Of a stretch of 64,000 nt of DNA, positions 11,546 to 24,010 are shown piece by piece. A program made the translations under genes and the position numbers. Where the stretch lies: assembly GCF_044704955.1 (NCBI RefSeq), contig NC_091992.1, forward strand, positions 6,324,001 to 6,388,000. Direction: 5' to 3'. This stretch comes from Pristiophorus japonicus (taxonomy: Eukaryota). Positions within the stretch are counted from its first letter, which is position 1; every line of letters starts with the position of its first letter. Below the pieces are notes generated by a model, which saw only the letters and a list, made by a program, of their open reading frames with translations, was not told the DNA's origin and searched no databases.

Positions 11546-12894
11546 CCCACACCCAGAACCTGTACCCCCAACAGGAATCAGTGCCGATGTAACCCATATC
11601 CCAGTGAGAATCGGCACTTTCAGAAGAGATGGGGAGACAACTGGGCTAAAATAGTACTTTTTTTGACTGTCATGTTCACTGGCCACCTTGGTACTCGCAT
11701 GTTCTGTCATCGAGAGTGCTGGCATCTTTAGTGCCTGGTTTCATGGGCACATTGTAGGCTGTGTGATAGATTTATGCCGGGGCTGGGGGCTGAAGCTCAC
11801 TGCGATTGCTTTCCTGGAAGCTTGCCCCCTCTCAACTCCCCAATCACAGGTTTGTAAAGCAAACTTCAGACTTTGACTGTTTGCTTTGGCAGACCCTGAG
11901 CTGCTGCGATGATCTGTAAAGTGGATTTGATATTTTTCTGTTTTAGTTGGCAGTGGTTGAAAGCCAAGCCGCTGATTACAGACACAGATGTCACTGCACA
12001 CTTCACTGTTCAGTGTTAACCTAACGGTAAAGTTTTAATTTTAATCCACAAATAGCATAATCCCTCCCCTCTCTCTCTCTATCTTCCTCCATCCCTTTAA
12101 CTGGACCGATCACAACCTTCGAACTGGCACTCTCCTTGTGTGTCTCGGTGACTTTAATGAGAACGTTGCTTCACCAAGAGGTTTATTTTTTGAAGGAAGT
12201 ATATAATTCAGGGTTGCCTTGGCTGCTGATACCAAATTCTTCACTTCCCATAATAAGTAGGCCGTGTAGATGAAGTGGATATTGGCCAAGCAAGTGGTTT
12301 GAGATCCTGTACACGGCACTAGCATCCTATCTCACCGGCCTCCCAACTGCCTGCCTGCAGATTCCTCTTAATACTTCATGAGTTTTGAGAAATGAAATAT
12401 CGCCGAGGAAACAAATGAAACATATTCCCGTTTCTCTCGGACCCCCGTCAGGAACCTCTCTCTTTAGGGCAGGTGGTACTGGAACCATTAATCCCCCTTT
12501 CCTCACCCTGTACCGTTCCACCCTTCCTCCCACCAAACTCTACGATAGCGCTAGGAGTGTCTATTTTAGAAGATATGCTGAATGGACAGAGTGGAACATC
12601 ACAGACGGCAGTGATGTTCTCCCGCAGTTCCTCGCTGTGCTGTGGCCTCCAGTAATGAGATTGTCCCAAGGGTCAAATGCTGGAGCCTTGAATTCCCCGG
12701 ATTGGGGGTGAATATGATTCCCGCTCAACAACTTTCGTTCACGCAGTGCCTTTTAAATAGTAAACATGACTTGGTGTTTCACAACGGAGCAACAAAGGTC
12801 GAGAAGGTCGGCTTGCTACTCCGCTTGGATTTCGGGAGTTCTAGAGTAGGACCAACATGTTTAAAATTCACACTGGCTGCACTTGAAGAGTAAA

Positions 12895-13355
12895 ACAAAG
12901 AAATAACTTGCATTTATATAGTGCCTTTCACAACTCAGGACATCCCAAAGCGCTTTAGAGCCAATGAAATATTTCTGAAATGCAGTCACTGTTGTAATGT
13001 ACGAAATGCAGCAGCTAATTTGCACACAGCAAGCTCCCACAAACAGCAATGTGATAATGACCTGATCATCTGCTTTCGTGATGTGGATTGAGCCATAAAT
13101 ATTGGCCCCGGGACACCGGGGGAGAACTCCCCAGGCTCTTCTTCGAATCGTGGCACGGGATCTTTTACGTTCACCCGAGAAGGCAGACGGGGCCTCGGTT
13201 TAACATCTCATTCGAAAGACAGCATTTTCAGAGCAGCATTCTCTCAGTACTGCACGAGCGGCGGACTAGATTATGTGCTCAAGTCTTCGGAGTGAGTCTT
13301 GAATCCACAAACTTGACTCAGAGGCGGAAGTACTACCCACTGAGCCACGGCTGAC
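12895..13355 (-). mobile_element. DeuSINE (SacSINE1-like), near full length
   Basis: Tail cttgcatttatatagtgcctttcac at the left; head cccactgagccacggctga at the right. Confidence 0.88.
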
Positions 13356-13538
13356 GCGCAATTCCTTATCCTCGTCTAACAGGATGGAAAACTGAGTGGG
13401 GTAGGAGAGGGCATTCCTGGTGGCAGGTCTCCTAGTGGAATGACCAAGAGGTAGGACAACAATAGCACTGGGGTAGAGTTTTAAAAGACGTGTAACTAGG
13501 AAGCAGATTTCACAAGTCCCCATGCTGTGCGAAGTAGT

Positions 13539-13676
13539 GGGACAGTACCTGCCAATCAGCTTCTAGTTCCCAACTAGGAGGTTGTGAGTACAAGACCCAC
13601 TCCCATCGGGACAGTACCTGCCAATCAGCTTCTAGTTCCCAACTAGGAGGTTGTGAGTACAAGACCCACTCCCATC
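13539..13676. repeat. Perfect 69-bp tandem duplication
   Basis: gggacagtacc...cactcccatc at 13539-13607 and 13608-13676. Confidence 0.95.
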
Positions 13677-14254
13677 TAACACAAGTACAAGAATGACAAG
13701 CCCTGATGTTCCAATACCCTGTAATGGCAAAACCGTGCAGATTTTCTGAAAATCAGGGCCTACAAGTTAAAAAGGAAAATGAGAGGGGAGGAAAAGCGAA
13801 TTATGCTTTAATCTCTCAGGGTCCCAAAAGCAGCCATTGGTTTTATCAGCCCTTTCACCTTGTTATAGAGTCGGGATCACTCAACACGTGGCTCCACTTA
13901 AAGTGAACTTACTGGCTGGCCTCTGTTCAGCAGCTGCCAGCAGAGGCTCGCTGGGGATCGGGATCTGCCACCACCCCACAATCCCACGGTGCCTTGTAAA
14001 TGTGGTGAGGGAGTTCAGTACATCAGGCTGCTTAAAGTTGTGATGGAGCCTCCAACTTACACCGGACCAAGTCAGAGTCAGTACAGAGTCTGGCGACCCT
14101 GGCTTTTATTAACTATTGAAGAATTTCTTTTTAAGATTGAAGGTGGCAGCGTTGTACTGTGCCTGTCTCATGCAGGGTCTAATGGAGGCCGGTTTGAGAA
14201 CTAGAGGCACCGCCTCCTGCATGTGCAGAGAGCAGGGGCACAAGTTAGTGTCAA

Positions 14255-14670
14255 CCGTGGCTCAGTGGGTAGCACTCTCGCCTCTGAGTCGGAATGTCGT
14301 GGGTTCAAGTCTCACTCCAGAGACTTGAGCACATAATCTAGGCTGACACCCCCAGCGCAGTACTGAGGGAGAGCTGCACTGTCGGAGGTACTGTCTTTCA
14401 CATGAGACATTAAACCGAGGCCCCATCAGTCCTGTCAGGTGTATGTAAAGATCCTATGGCACTATTGAAAGAAGAGCAGGGGAGTTCTCCCCTCATTTAT
14501 CCTGCAACCACCATCACATCACATTGCTGTATTTAGGACCTTGCTGTGTGCAAATTGGCTGCCACGTTTCCTACCTTGCAACAGTGACTACACTCCAAAA
14601 GTGCTTCATTGGCTGTGAAGCACTTTGGGACGTCCTGAGGTTGTGAAAGGTGCGATAGGAATGCAAGTTT
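14255..14670 (+). mobile_element. DeuSINE (SacSINE1-like), near full length
   Basis: A-box gtggctcagtgg, B-box ggttcaagtc, Deu core, L2-like tail. Confidence 0.88.
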
Positions 14671-15689
14671 AGTGTAAATGTGACACAGCGATGCAGAGGT
14701 AGGTTTGGGTCTGTGCCACCAAACGGGCAAAAGTGCTTCGGACTGTGGCAAGATTCTCAACAATTTTGAATATTTAAAAGTTAAAAATTGAAAAGAATTA
14801 CTATCACTCAATTTGGGAGTGAAATCCACGCAGTAGTTTATTAAAATGTCTGCAGAGAATTAAATGACCTTCTTGCAGTTACGGCAAACCTCTGCATTGA
14901 CGCTTTTTCTGCAGGTAGAGATTGAGAAGAAGAAAAAATCAGTTTAGAAACAGAAAGAGACATGTTGAAAGGTCTGAAGCCTTGGGCAGGGCCATGTCAG
15001 GTATAATAATTTCTTCACTCAATCATCCCACCTACAAACACTGCCTGCCCCCATTTAGACACCAATTGTCTGCCACATAATACAACTGACAAGGGCAGGA
15101 CCTTGCCCCTGCGTTGAGGGGATACCTTTAGGCAGCCAGGCCAGCCTTGCAGGGGATGGTGTTCGGCCACAGGCCTTTGTCCAGGAGGATCCATTCTGTT
15201 AAAAAGAAAACAGAGACAGGATTAGCTTTCTCTGAGAAAACACAGACCTTTAGTGAAGGCAGAGAGAGAGTGGGGAGGGGGGGGGGGTGGGGGGTGTGGT
15301 AAAAAGGCCGAGGTTAAAGCGAGAAGGTTGAGTTACAATCCATCCTAGAGGACCAGTATCCGAGGCTGAGCGATATAGGGTTTCAGCTGTGGATTCTTGT
15401 TGTGATAAATTTGTCGGCTGTGGAGGGATAAATGAGAACAGGAGTGTTCGCACACAGATTCAACCAAAGGCATTCAAAGCAAAATCTGCAAAGTTAACAA
15501 AGAGAGGCGAGGAACGAACCTAGAGGACTGAGACCCAGAGTTCACCGACACGGGTCGTGGCCTTGACTGCGGAGCTGTGTGTGTTCAGTCCCAGGTGCTG
15601 GAGACGAAGGGCAGACATTTTTTTTTTACCCTCTCACTGACACCAATAAGTGGCATCACCTCACAATTCCAGACTCGAGAACGCTTTGC

Positions 15690-16054
15690 ACTCGGGTTCC
15701 TCTGTTTGGTCGAATTCCTGGAGCTTTCATCACACAATGCCTGCCAACGGCCCCGTAACCATACCCCCGCCATTGATTGCCCGACCCGCCCATCCTCACA
15801 CCGCACCGCCTCCCACAGCCAATTGGAAAGCAAACAGACTCTAAATCATCCGAGTGGACGTTTCACTGTCAGTCGAACAATCTTTTTATCCCCTCTCCAA
15901 TATTTTTATAAATAATAAAAAGAAAACAAAAAAAAACCCTTTCTTTTCGAGCCCCCGATGATTTTTCTCTGGGGTGTTGCTCACAGCAGAGTCCGGGAGA
16001 TTAATCTTTAATTCCTGGAGACTCCAGGACAATCCTGGAGAGTTGGCAACCCTA
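15690..16054 (-). mobile_element. hAT-like MITE, copy 2
   Basis: Ends gttggcaacccta; body ttcctggagactccaggacaatcc shared with other copies. Confidence 0.7.
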
Positions 16055-16261
16055 CTTTGCACTCTGGCAGAGCTCGGTTCAAATTCCCTGTAAACCCCAA
16101 GTAAGGACCCGAGACTACTCGCAGATTCTGATGCTATAACCGTCAGAACTCCCAACAGGAGCCTGCACGAACGTCGGGAAAAGGCGGAGACCCAGTTCAG
16201 GGCGGCGCAAGAACGGTGCAATTGCACAAGGAACCGAACGCATCCTGTGAGAGGTCACCTA

Positions 16262-16895
16262 AAAAAGGAAAGGAAGAACTTGCATTTCTATAGCACCCTT
16301 CACAACCTCGGGACTTCCCAAAACGTTTTACAGCCAATGAAATACTTTTTAACTGAAAATTTTAGGAAAGTAAGCTGAAAACAATGTCTAATGGACTGTA
16401 AGGAGAGTCCAACCCAATTCAATCACATCTCAGAAGGAATGCATCCGTACCTTGCAATAATAGAATGGTTCATAAATATGGAATTATGGTACTTTCTAGT
16501 AAGGCACAAGACAGCATAAAAACTATGACAGTAATGATTTGCCCTCTTTTCTCTGCATCCGACCAATCTGCGCTGTTTCAGGTGGGAAGTACTGTAATGT
16601 AGGAAACATGGCAACCAATTTGCACACAGCAAGCTCCCACAAACAGCAATGTGATCATGACCAGATCATCTGTTTTTAATGATGTTGGATAAGGGATAAA
16701 TATTGGTCAGGACACTGAGGGGAAGGCCCTGCTCTTCTTACAATAGTGCCGTGGGATGTTTTACGTCCAACTGAGGGGGCTGACGGGGCCTCGATTTAAT
16801 GTCTCATCTAAAAGATGGTACCTCTGACACTGCTTCAGTACTGCAGTGAGAGTGTCAGTGTGGATTTAATGTTATAGCCTCGAGTGGGACTTGAA
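16262..16895 (-). mobile_element. DeuSINE, interrupted by about 240 bp of unrelated sequence (~16350-16590)
   Basis: Tail at 16262-16350; body resumes ctgtaatgtaggaaac at ~16592. Confidence 0.75.
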
Positions 16896-16912
16896 TGTAA
16901 AAATCACCTCTT

Positions 16913-19430
16913 CATAGAAACATAAAAAATAGGTGCAGGAGTAGGCCATTCGGCCCTTCGAACCTGTACCACCATTCAATAATATCATGGCTGATCATTC
17001 ACCTCAGTACCCCTTTCCTGCTTTCTCTCCATACCCCTTGATCTCTTTAGCCGTAAGGGCCATATCTAACTCCCTCTTGAATATATCTAATGAACTGGCA
17101 TCAACAACTCTCTGCGGTAGAGAATTCCACAGGTTCACAATTCTCAGAGTGAAGAAGTTTCTCCTCATCTCGGTCCTAAATGGCTTACCCCTTATCCTTA
17201 GACTGTGACCCCTGGTTCTGGACTTCCCCAACATCGGGAACATTCTTCCTGCATCTAACCTGTCCAGCCCGCCAGAATTTTATATGTTTCTATGAGATCC
17301 CCTCTCATTCTTCTAAACTCCAGTGTATACAAGCCCAGTTGATCCAGTCTTTCCTCATATGTCAGTCCTGACATCCCGGGAATCAGTCTGGTGAACCTTC
17401 GCTGTACTCCCTCAATAGCAAGAATGTCCTTCCTCAGATTAGGAGATCAAAACTGAACACAATATTCCAGGTGAGGCCTCACCAAGGCTCTGTACAACTG
17501 CAGTAAGATCTCCCTGCTCCTATAATCAAATCCTCCAGCTATGAAGGCCAACATGCTATTTGCCTTCTTCACCGCCTGCTGTACCTGCATGCCAACTTTC
17601 AATGACTGATGTACCATGACACCCAAGTCTTGTTGCACCTCCCCTTTTCCTAATCTGCTGCCATTCAGATAATATTCTGCCTTAATGTTTTTGCCCCCAA
17701 AGTGGATAACCTCACATTTATCCACATTATACTGCATCTGCCACGCATTTGCCCACTCACCTAACCTGTCCAAGTCACACTGCAGCCTCTTAGCATCCTC
17801 CTCACAGCTCACACTGCCACCCAGTTTAGTGTCATCTGCAAACTTGGAGATATTACACTCAATTCCTTCATCTAGATCATTGATGTATATTGTAAATAGC
17901 TGGGGTCCCAGCACTGAACCCTGCGGCACCCCACTAGTCACTGCCTGCCATTCTGAAAAGGACCCCTTTATCCCGACCCTCTGCTTCTTGTCTGCCAACC
18001 AGTTCTCTATCCATGTCAATACATTACCCCCAATACCATGTACTTTAATTTTGCACACCAATCTCTTGTGTGGGACCTTGTCAAAAGCCTTTTGAAAGTC
18101 CAAATACACCACATCCACTGGTTCTCCCTTGTCCACTCTACTCGTTACATCCTCAAAAATTCTAGAAGATTTGGCAAGCATGATTTCCCTTTCATAAATC
18201 CATGCTGACTTGGACCGATCCTGTCACTGCTTTCCAAATGCGCTGCTATTTCATCTTTAATAATTGATTCCAACATTTTCTCCACTACCGATGTCAGGCT
18301 AACCGGTCTATAATTCCCCATTTTCTCTCTCCCTCATTTTTAAAAAAGTGGTGCTACACTAGCTACCCTCCAGTCCATAGGAACTGATCCAGAGTCGATA
18401 GACTGTTAGAAAATGATCACCAATGCATCCATTAATTCTAGGGCCACTTCCTTCAGTATTCTGGGTTGCAGACTATCAGGCCCTGGGGATTTATCGGCCT
18501 TCAATCCCATCAATTTCCCTAACACAATTTCCTGACTAATAAAGATATCCTTCAGTTCCTCCTTCTCGCGAGATCCTCGGTCCCCTAGTATTTCCGGAAG
18601 GTTATTTGTGTCTTCTTTCGTGAAGACAGAACCAAAGTATTTGTTCAGTTGGTCTGCCATTTCTTTGTTCCCCATTATAAATTCACCCGATTCTCACTGC
18701 AAGGGAACTACGTTTGTCTTCATTAATCTTTTTCTCTTCACATATCTATAAAAACGTTTGCAGTCAGTTTTTATGTTCCCAGCAAGCTTCCACTCATACT
18801 CTATTTTCCCCCTCCTAATTAAACCCTTTGTCCTCCTCTGCTGAATTCTAAATTTCTCTCAGTCCTCAGGTTTGCTGCTTTTTCTGGCCAATTTATATGC
18901 CTCTTCTTTGGATTTAACACTATCCCTACTTTCCCTTGTTAGCCACGGTTGAGCCACCTTCCCCGATTTATTTTTACTCCAGACAGGGATGTACAAATGT
19001 TTGAAGTTCATCCATGTGATCTTTAAATGTCTGCCATTGCCTATCAACCGTCAACCCTTTAAGTATCATTCGCCAGTCTATTCTAGCCAATTCACGTCTC
19101 ATACCATCGAAGTTACCTTTCCTTAAGTTCAGGACCCTAGTCTCTGAATTAACTGTGTCACTCTCCATCTTAATAAAGAATTCTACCATATTATGGTCAC
19201 TCTTCCCCAAGGGGCCTCGCACACCAAGATTGTTAATTAGTCCTTTCTCATTACACATCACCCAGTCTAGGATGGCCAGCCCTCTAGTTGGCTCCTCTGC
19301 ATATTGGTCTAGAAAACCATCTCTAATACACTCCAGGAAATTCTTCTCCCACCGTATAGCTACCAATTTGGTTAGCCCAATCTCTATGTAGATTAAAGTC
19401 GCCCATGATAACTGCTGTACCTTTATTGCA
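16913..19430 (-). mobile_element. CR1 LINE, ~2.5 kb, 5'-truncated decayed ORF2 (RT + part of endonuclease)
   Basis: ORF 17447-18181 [29 protein letters not shown]; SPGPD; ILDWVM...SDHN; catagaaacat tail; stops and frameshifts. Confidence 0.95.
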
Positions 19431-19802
19431 TGAATTCCTAGCGCTCTCACAGTCAGTCTGAAAAACCAGCACTGTATTGACGCCAGGGAGTAGGGTGTAA
19501 GAATTGGGCCACTTGCAGGTGCCAATGGATTTAAGAGCTGGGTTTCTGTGTCACAAATAAATTTGTAAGTTAGGACATGAGACAGACACAAGAACAGGAG
19601 GCCTCATGTTTGGTCATCTACATCTTATAGGCTAGTTTAGGAGATTAATAGGAATTAGCCTCTTGACAGACACAAAATTCACACCAAATTTTTAATTTCA
19701 AGCAGTTTAAGGTCCTTGATCTCCCAACAAAACATTGGAATGATTGGATCTCTTGAGTTTTTTTGTTTAAATGCTCATCTGTGCCCCCTGGTGTGATGGG
19801 AT

Positions 19803-20725
19803 GACAGTAAGTTGGGTGGCAGTGTGAGCTGCGAGGAGGATGCTATGAGGCTGCAGAGTGACTTGGATAGGTTAGGTGAGTGGGCAAATGCATGGCAGAT
19901 GAAGTATAATGTGGATAAATGTGAGGTTATCCACTTTGGTGGTAAAAACAGAGAGACAGACTATTATCTGAATGGTGACAGATTAGGAAAAGGGGAGGTG
20001 CAACGAGACCTGGGTGTCATGGTACATCAGTCATTGAAGGTTGGCATGCAGGTACAGCAGGCGGTTAAGAAAGAAAATGGCATGTTGGCCTTCATAGCGA
20101 GGGGATTTGAGTACAGGGGCAGGGAAGTGTTGCTACAGTTGTACAGGGCCTTGGTGAGGCCACACCTGGAGTATTATGTACAGTTTTAGTCTCCTAACTT
20201 GAGGAAGGACATTCTTGCTATTGAGGGAGTGCAGCGAAGGTTCACCAGACTGATTCCCGGGATGGCGGGACTGACCTATCAAGAAAGACTGGATCAACTG
20301 GGCTTGTATTCACTGGAGTTCAGAAGAATGAGAGGGGACCTCATAGAAACGTTTAAAATTCTGATGGGTTCAGACAGGTTAGATGTAGGAAGAATGTTCC
20401 CAATGTTGGGGGAAGTCCAGAACCAGGGGTCACAGTCTAAGGATAAGGGGTAAGCCATTTAGGACCGAGATGAGGAGAAACTTCTTCACCCAGAGAGTGG
20501 TGAACCTGTGGAATTCTCTACCACAGAAAGTTGTTGAGGCCAATTCACTAAATATATTCAAAAAGGAGTTAGATGTAGTCCTTACTACTCGGGGGATCAA
20601 GGGATATGGCGAGAAAGCAGGAATGGGGTACTGAGGTTGCATGTTCAGCCATGAACTCATTGAATGGCGGTGCAGGCTAGAAGGGCCGAATGGCCTACTC
20701 CTGCACCTAGTTTCTATGTTTCTAT
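19803..20725 (+). mobile_element. CR1 LINE 3' portion
   Basis: ORFs 19812-20189 and 20199-20453; tail ttctatgtttctatg. Confidence 0.93.
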
Positions 20726-20837
20726 GGGCATTACCCTTGGGCACTTTGATTGCCTCTCGCCAGTGGGGCATGGCAGCTGGTCCTTTTTTTTGATGATCCC
20801 ACGCATTTAGTTGGCAGGAACAAAAATGCTGCAATTA

Positions 20838-21155
20838 TACAACAAAAATTGCATTTATGTTGCCCATTTGCCATAGTAAGACATCCCAAGGAGCTTCACG
20901 GGAACGTTATAAAAAAAAATTATCCACATAAGGAGATATTGGAGAGATGTCCAAAGGCTTCGTCAAAGAGGTAGGTTTTAAGCAGCGTCTTAAAGGAGGA
21001 GAGGGAGGGGGAGAGGTTTAGGGAGGCAATTCCAGAACTTCGATGAAGGCATGGCCGCCAATGGTGGAACGATGAAAATCAGGGATGTGCAAGAGGCTAG
21101 AATCGGAGGGGCACAGAGATCTCGGAGGGTTGTAGGACTGGAGGAGGTTACAGCA
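20838..21155 (-). mobile_element. L2 LINE 3' fragment
   Basis: NLLQSYNPPRSL...RSTIGGHAF on the minus strand; L2 tail. Confidence 0.8.
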
Positions 21156-21405
21156 ATAGATTGGTTTATGTAACTCTCCCTCAGAATCAGCCGCACTCAG
21201 TTCAGTCACGGCTGTGTCTTTGGGGCATCGGCCCAGCACCAAAAACGTGAACACCATCAGAAGACGAGCTGTGTCTATGTTGGCCAACGGTCAGCGCCAC
21301 AGGCAAGAATGTAAGGCGCAATGGACACCTGTATGTTTCACAGCTTGTTTCAAGAGCAAGAGAGCTTTTTTTTTGATGGGCTTTTCGCTCCCTCCTGTTA
21401 CACAA

Positions 21406-22194
21406 AGGGGTTGTCAACTGTGGCTGGGTGTATTCCTGGAGGTTTCATCACATGACCGCGCGCTTCGAACAGCCCCACCCCCACACTCCCACCATTGGTC
21501 CATCCTCCAGATGCACTATCTTCCCACAACCAATTGGAAAGGGAAACAGACTCTTTGTTACCCAATTGGATTAATCTTGACTCTCAGTCAAGCAGCCTTT
21601 TTTGCCCCATCTCCAATATTTTTATAATTAATAAATGTAAGTGTTCAAAGAAATGGAAAAACACAATTTTGCTCAATGCCCCGATGATTTTTCTCCTGGG
21701 TGTTACTCGCAGCACTGTCTTGGAGATGAATCTTCAATTCCTGGAGACTCCAGGACAGTCATAGAAACATAGAAAATAGGTGCAGGAGTAGGCCATTTAG
21801 CCCTTCTAGCCTGCACCGCCATTCAATGAGTTCATGGCTGAACATGAAACTTCAGTACCCCCTTCCTGCTTTCTCGCCATACCCCTTGATCCCCCGAGTA
21901 GTAAGGACTACATCTAACTGCCTTTTGAATATATTTAATGAATTGGCCCCAACCACTTTCTGTGGCAGAGAATTCCACAGGTTCACCACTCTCTGGGTGA
22001 AGAAGTCTCTCCTCATCTCGGTCCTAAATGGCTTACCCCTTATCCTTGGACTGTAACCCCTGGTTCTGGACTTCCCCAACATTGGGAACATTCTTCCTGC
22101 ATCTAACCTGTCTAAACCTGTCAGAATTTTAAACGTTTCTATGAGGTCCCCTCTCATTCTTCTGAACTCCAGTCTTGGCGGGTTGGCAATCCTA
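21406..22194 (-). mobile_element. hAT-like MITE copy 3, interrupted by a CR1 3' fragment (-, ~21761-22170)
   Basis: MITE ...ctccaggacagtc resumes cagtcttggcgggttggcaatccta; cagtc on both sides of the CR1. Confidence 0.8.
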
Positions 22195-22664
22195 AGAATT
22201 GTGCCCAGTGAAGCCTCTTATTTGACGGGTAGACAACGTTGTGGAGACTCTCGACTTTGGGCAGAAACCCAAATACAATTATTATTAGCGGCACAAACCG
22301 GGGGGAATTGTTTGAAGCCTCTAGTTTGTATATTTAGAGGAGGATTGCAGTGACTCACTCTCTTCCCTGTCTGTTGTGTTAAGCGGAGGGGGGGTTGGGA
22401 ATGGTGTTCCCATAGTTTTGTTCTTTTCTGCTTTTCCTCTCAACTCTACAGGGAGCCCCTGTTCCTCAGTGGGATGGTGAAAGAAAAGCACGACCTGTCT
22501 ATATCCTCATTAGGATATAGACAGGTCACGTCGAGGTTGGAGCCCGAACCTGCAGTGACTGCTGCAGGTGGAGAGAGTAAAAATAACACATGGGAATCAG
22601 TGCATAGTTTCCCATTGGTTTAGTGGGTAAATGCACGTGTGTTCCTGTGGGTGTGATTAAGTTA

Positions 22665-22910
22665 AGGTGAATGTGTGCGTTTGTGTTATGTGTGTGTGTG
22701 TTTGTTTTGGTCTCTGTGTGTGTGTGTATGCATGTCTGTGCCTTTTTGTGTTTTTTGTCTGTGTGTATATATATGCGTGTTTATATTTTGTGTTTTTGTA
22801 TGTTTATATGTGTGTCTGTGTTTTTGCCTGTGTATATGTGTCTGTGTATATGTGTGTCTGTTTGTATATATGTGCGTGCGTATATGTGTGTGTTTTTGTG
22901 TTTACGTATT
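22665..22910. repeat. Degenerate (TG)n/TA low-complexity tract
   Basis: Direct inspection. Confidence 0.9.
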
Positions 22911-23122
22911 TTACAATAGGTAATATGCTATCAAAATAACAAGTGAGGTATTTTGGAACATCACACCTAGGGCAGCGGTGATGGTGTTAGAAAGGACAGC
23001 TTCCCTTTTGAAACTGGTAGTGCAGTGATTAAGTGCAGTGGCATTATGGCACAGAGCTATACAGACCAAAAGGATCCCAGGTTCGATTTCTTAGGGCCCC
23101 CACTCCCCTCCCCCGGACAAAT

Positions 23123-23325
23123 ATCATCATCATAGGCAGTCCCTCGGAATCGAGGAAGACTTGCTTCCACTCTTAGCATGAGTTTTTAGGTGGCTGTACA
23201 GTACAATACGAGAACCACAATCTGTGTCACAGTGGTTGGAGGAAAGGGTGGGTGGGGAGTCTGATTTGCCACACGCTCCTTCCGCTGCCTGCAGTTGATT
23301 TCTGCATGCTCTCAGCAACGAGATA
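23123..23325 (-). mobile_element. RTE-clade LINE 3' end
   Basis: Reverse complement ends ggaagcaagtcttcctcgattccgagggactgcctatgatgatgat; remnant of C-terminal zinc finger (CGSRIVLYSHLKTH). Confidence 0.8.
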
Positions 23326-23684
23326 TGGCACAGAGGGGACAGGGGTCTCATAAAGGGAACGGAGTTCTGATACCAATAGGGGGAGCTAGACGAAACTGTC
23401 TGCAGCCATGCGCACCCTCTCCTTCCCACACAATCCCCATGTCCAATAGATGCTGACCGACTCTTAGCTGTGAGGCTGTCGTAAGGAGGTTTGTGACAGT
23501 GGCCTGGGGGGAAATCTGCTCCACCCCCCCCCCCCACATTCCTATGGTGCTCCCCCATATTTCACTGCAGCTGAGACCAACGTTATCCCCGCGCCCCCTC
23601 CACCCGGGCTGTGGTACCATACATCAGTGTTCCAGGGCATTGTGCGCTGGTTTAAAAAAAGTTTGTAACCTAAAATATGTGTAC

Positions 23685-24010
23685 GTCTTTCGGATGAGAC
23701 GTTAAACCGAGGCCCCGTCTGCTCTCTCAGGTGGACGTAAAAGATCCCATGGCACTATTTTGAAGAACAGCAGTGGTTGTTATCCCCGGTGTCCTGGCCA
23801 ATATTTATCCCTCAACCAACATAACAAAAAAACAGGTTAATTGCTTATTACCACATTGCTGCTTGCTGTGCGCAAATTGGCTGTCGCGTTTCCTACAATT
23901 CAACAGTGACTACACTTCAAAAGGATGTACTTAATTGGCTGTAAAGCGCTTTGAGACGACTGGTGGTTGTGAAAGCGACTATAAAAATGCAAGTCTTCCT
24001 TTTTCTTTTC
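23685..24010 (+). mobile_element. DeuSINE, 5'-truncated
   Basis: gtctttcggatgagacgttaaaccgaggccccgtctgc...ataaaaatgcaagtcttcc. Confidence 0.85.

Noticed and set aside
14255-14330. tRNA gene
   Set aside because: A/B boxes belong to a SINE head that continues into the Deu domain; no full cloverleaf
16060-16280. Minus-strand acceptor and open frame
   Set aside because: The polypyrimidine tract is a SINE tail and no good donor follows
17447-18181. Reverse transcriptase ORFs (also 51535-52455) as a novel RT system
   Set aside because: Ordinary CR1 LINE ORF2 fragments with stops and frameshifts
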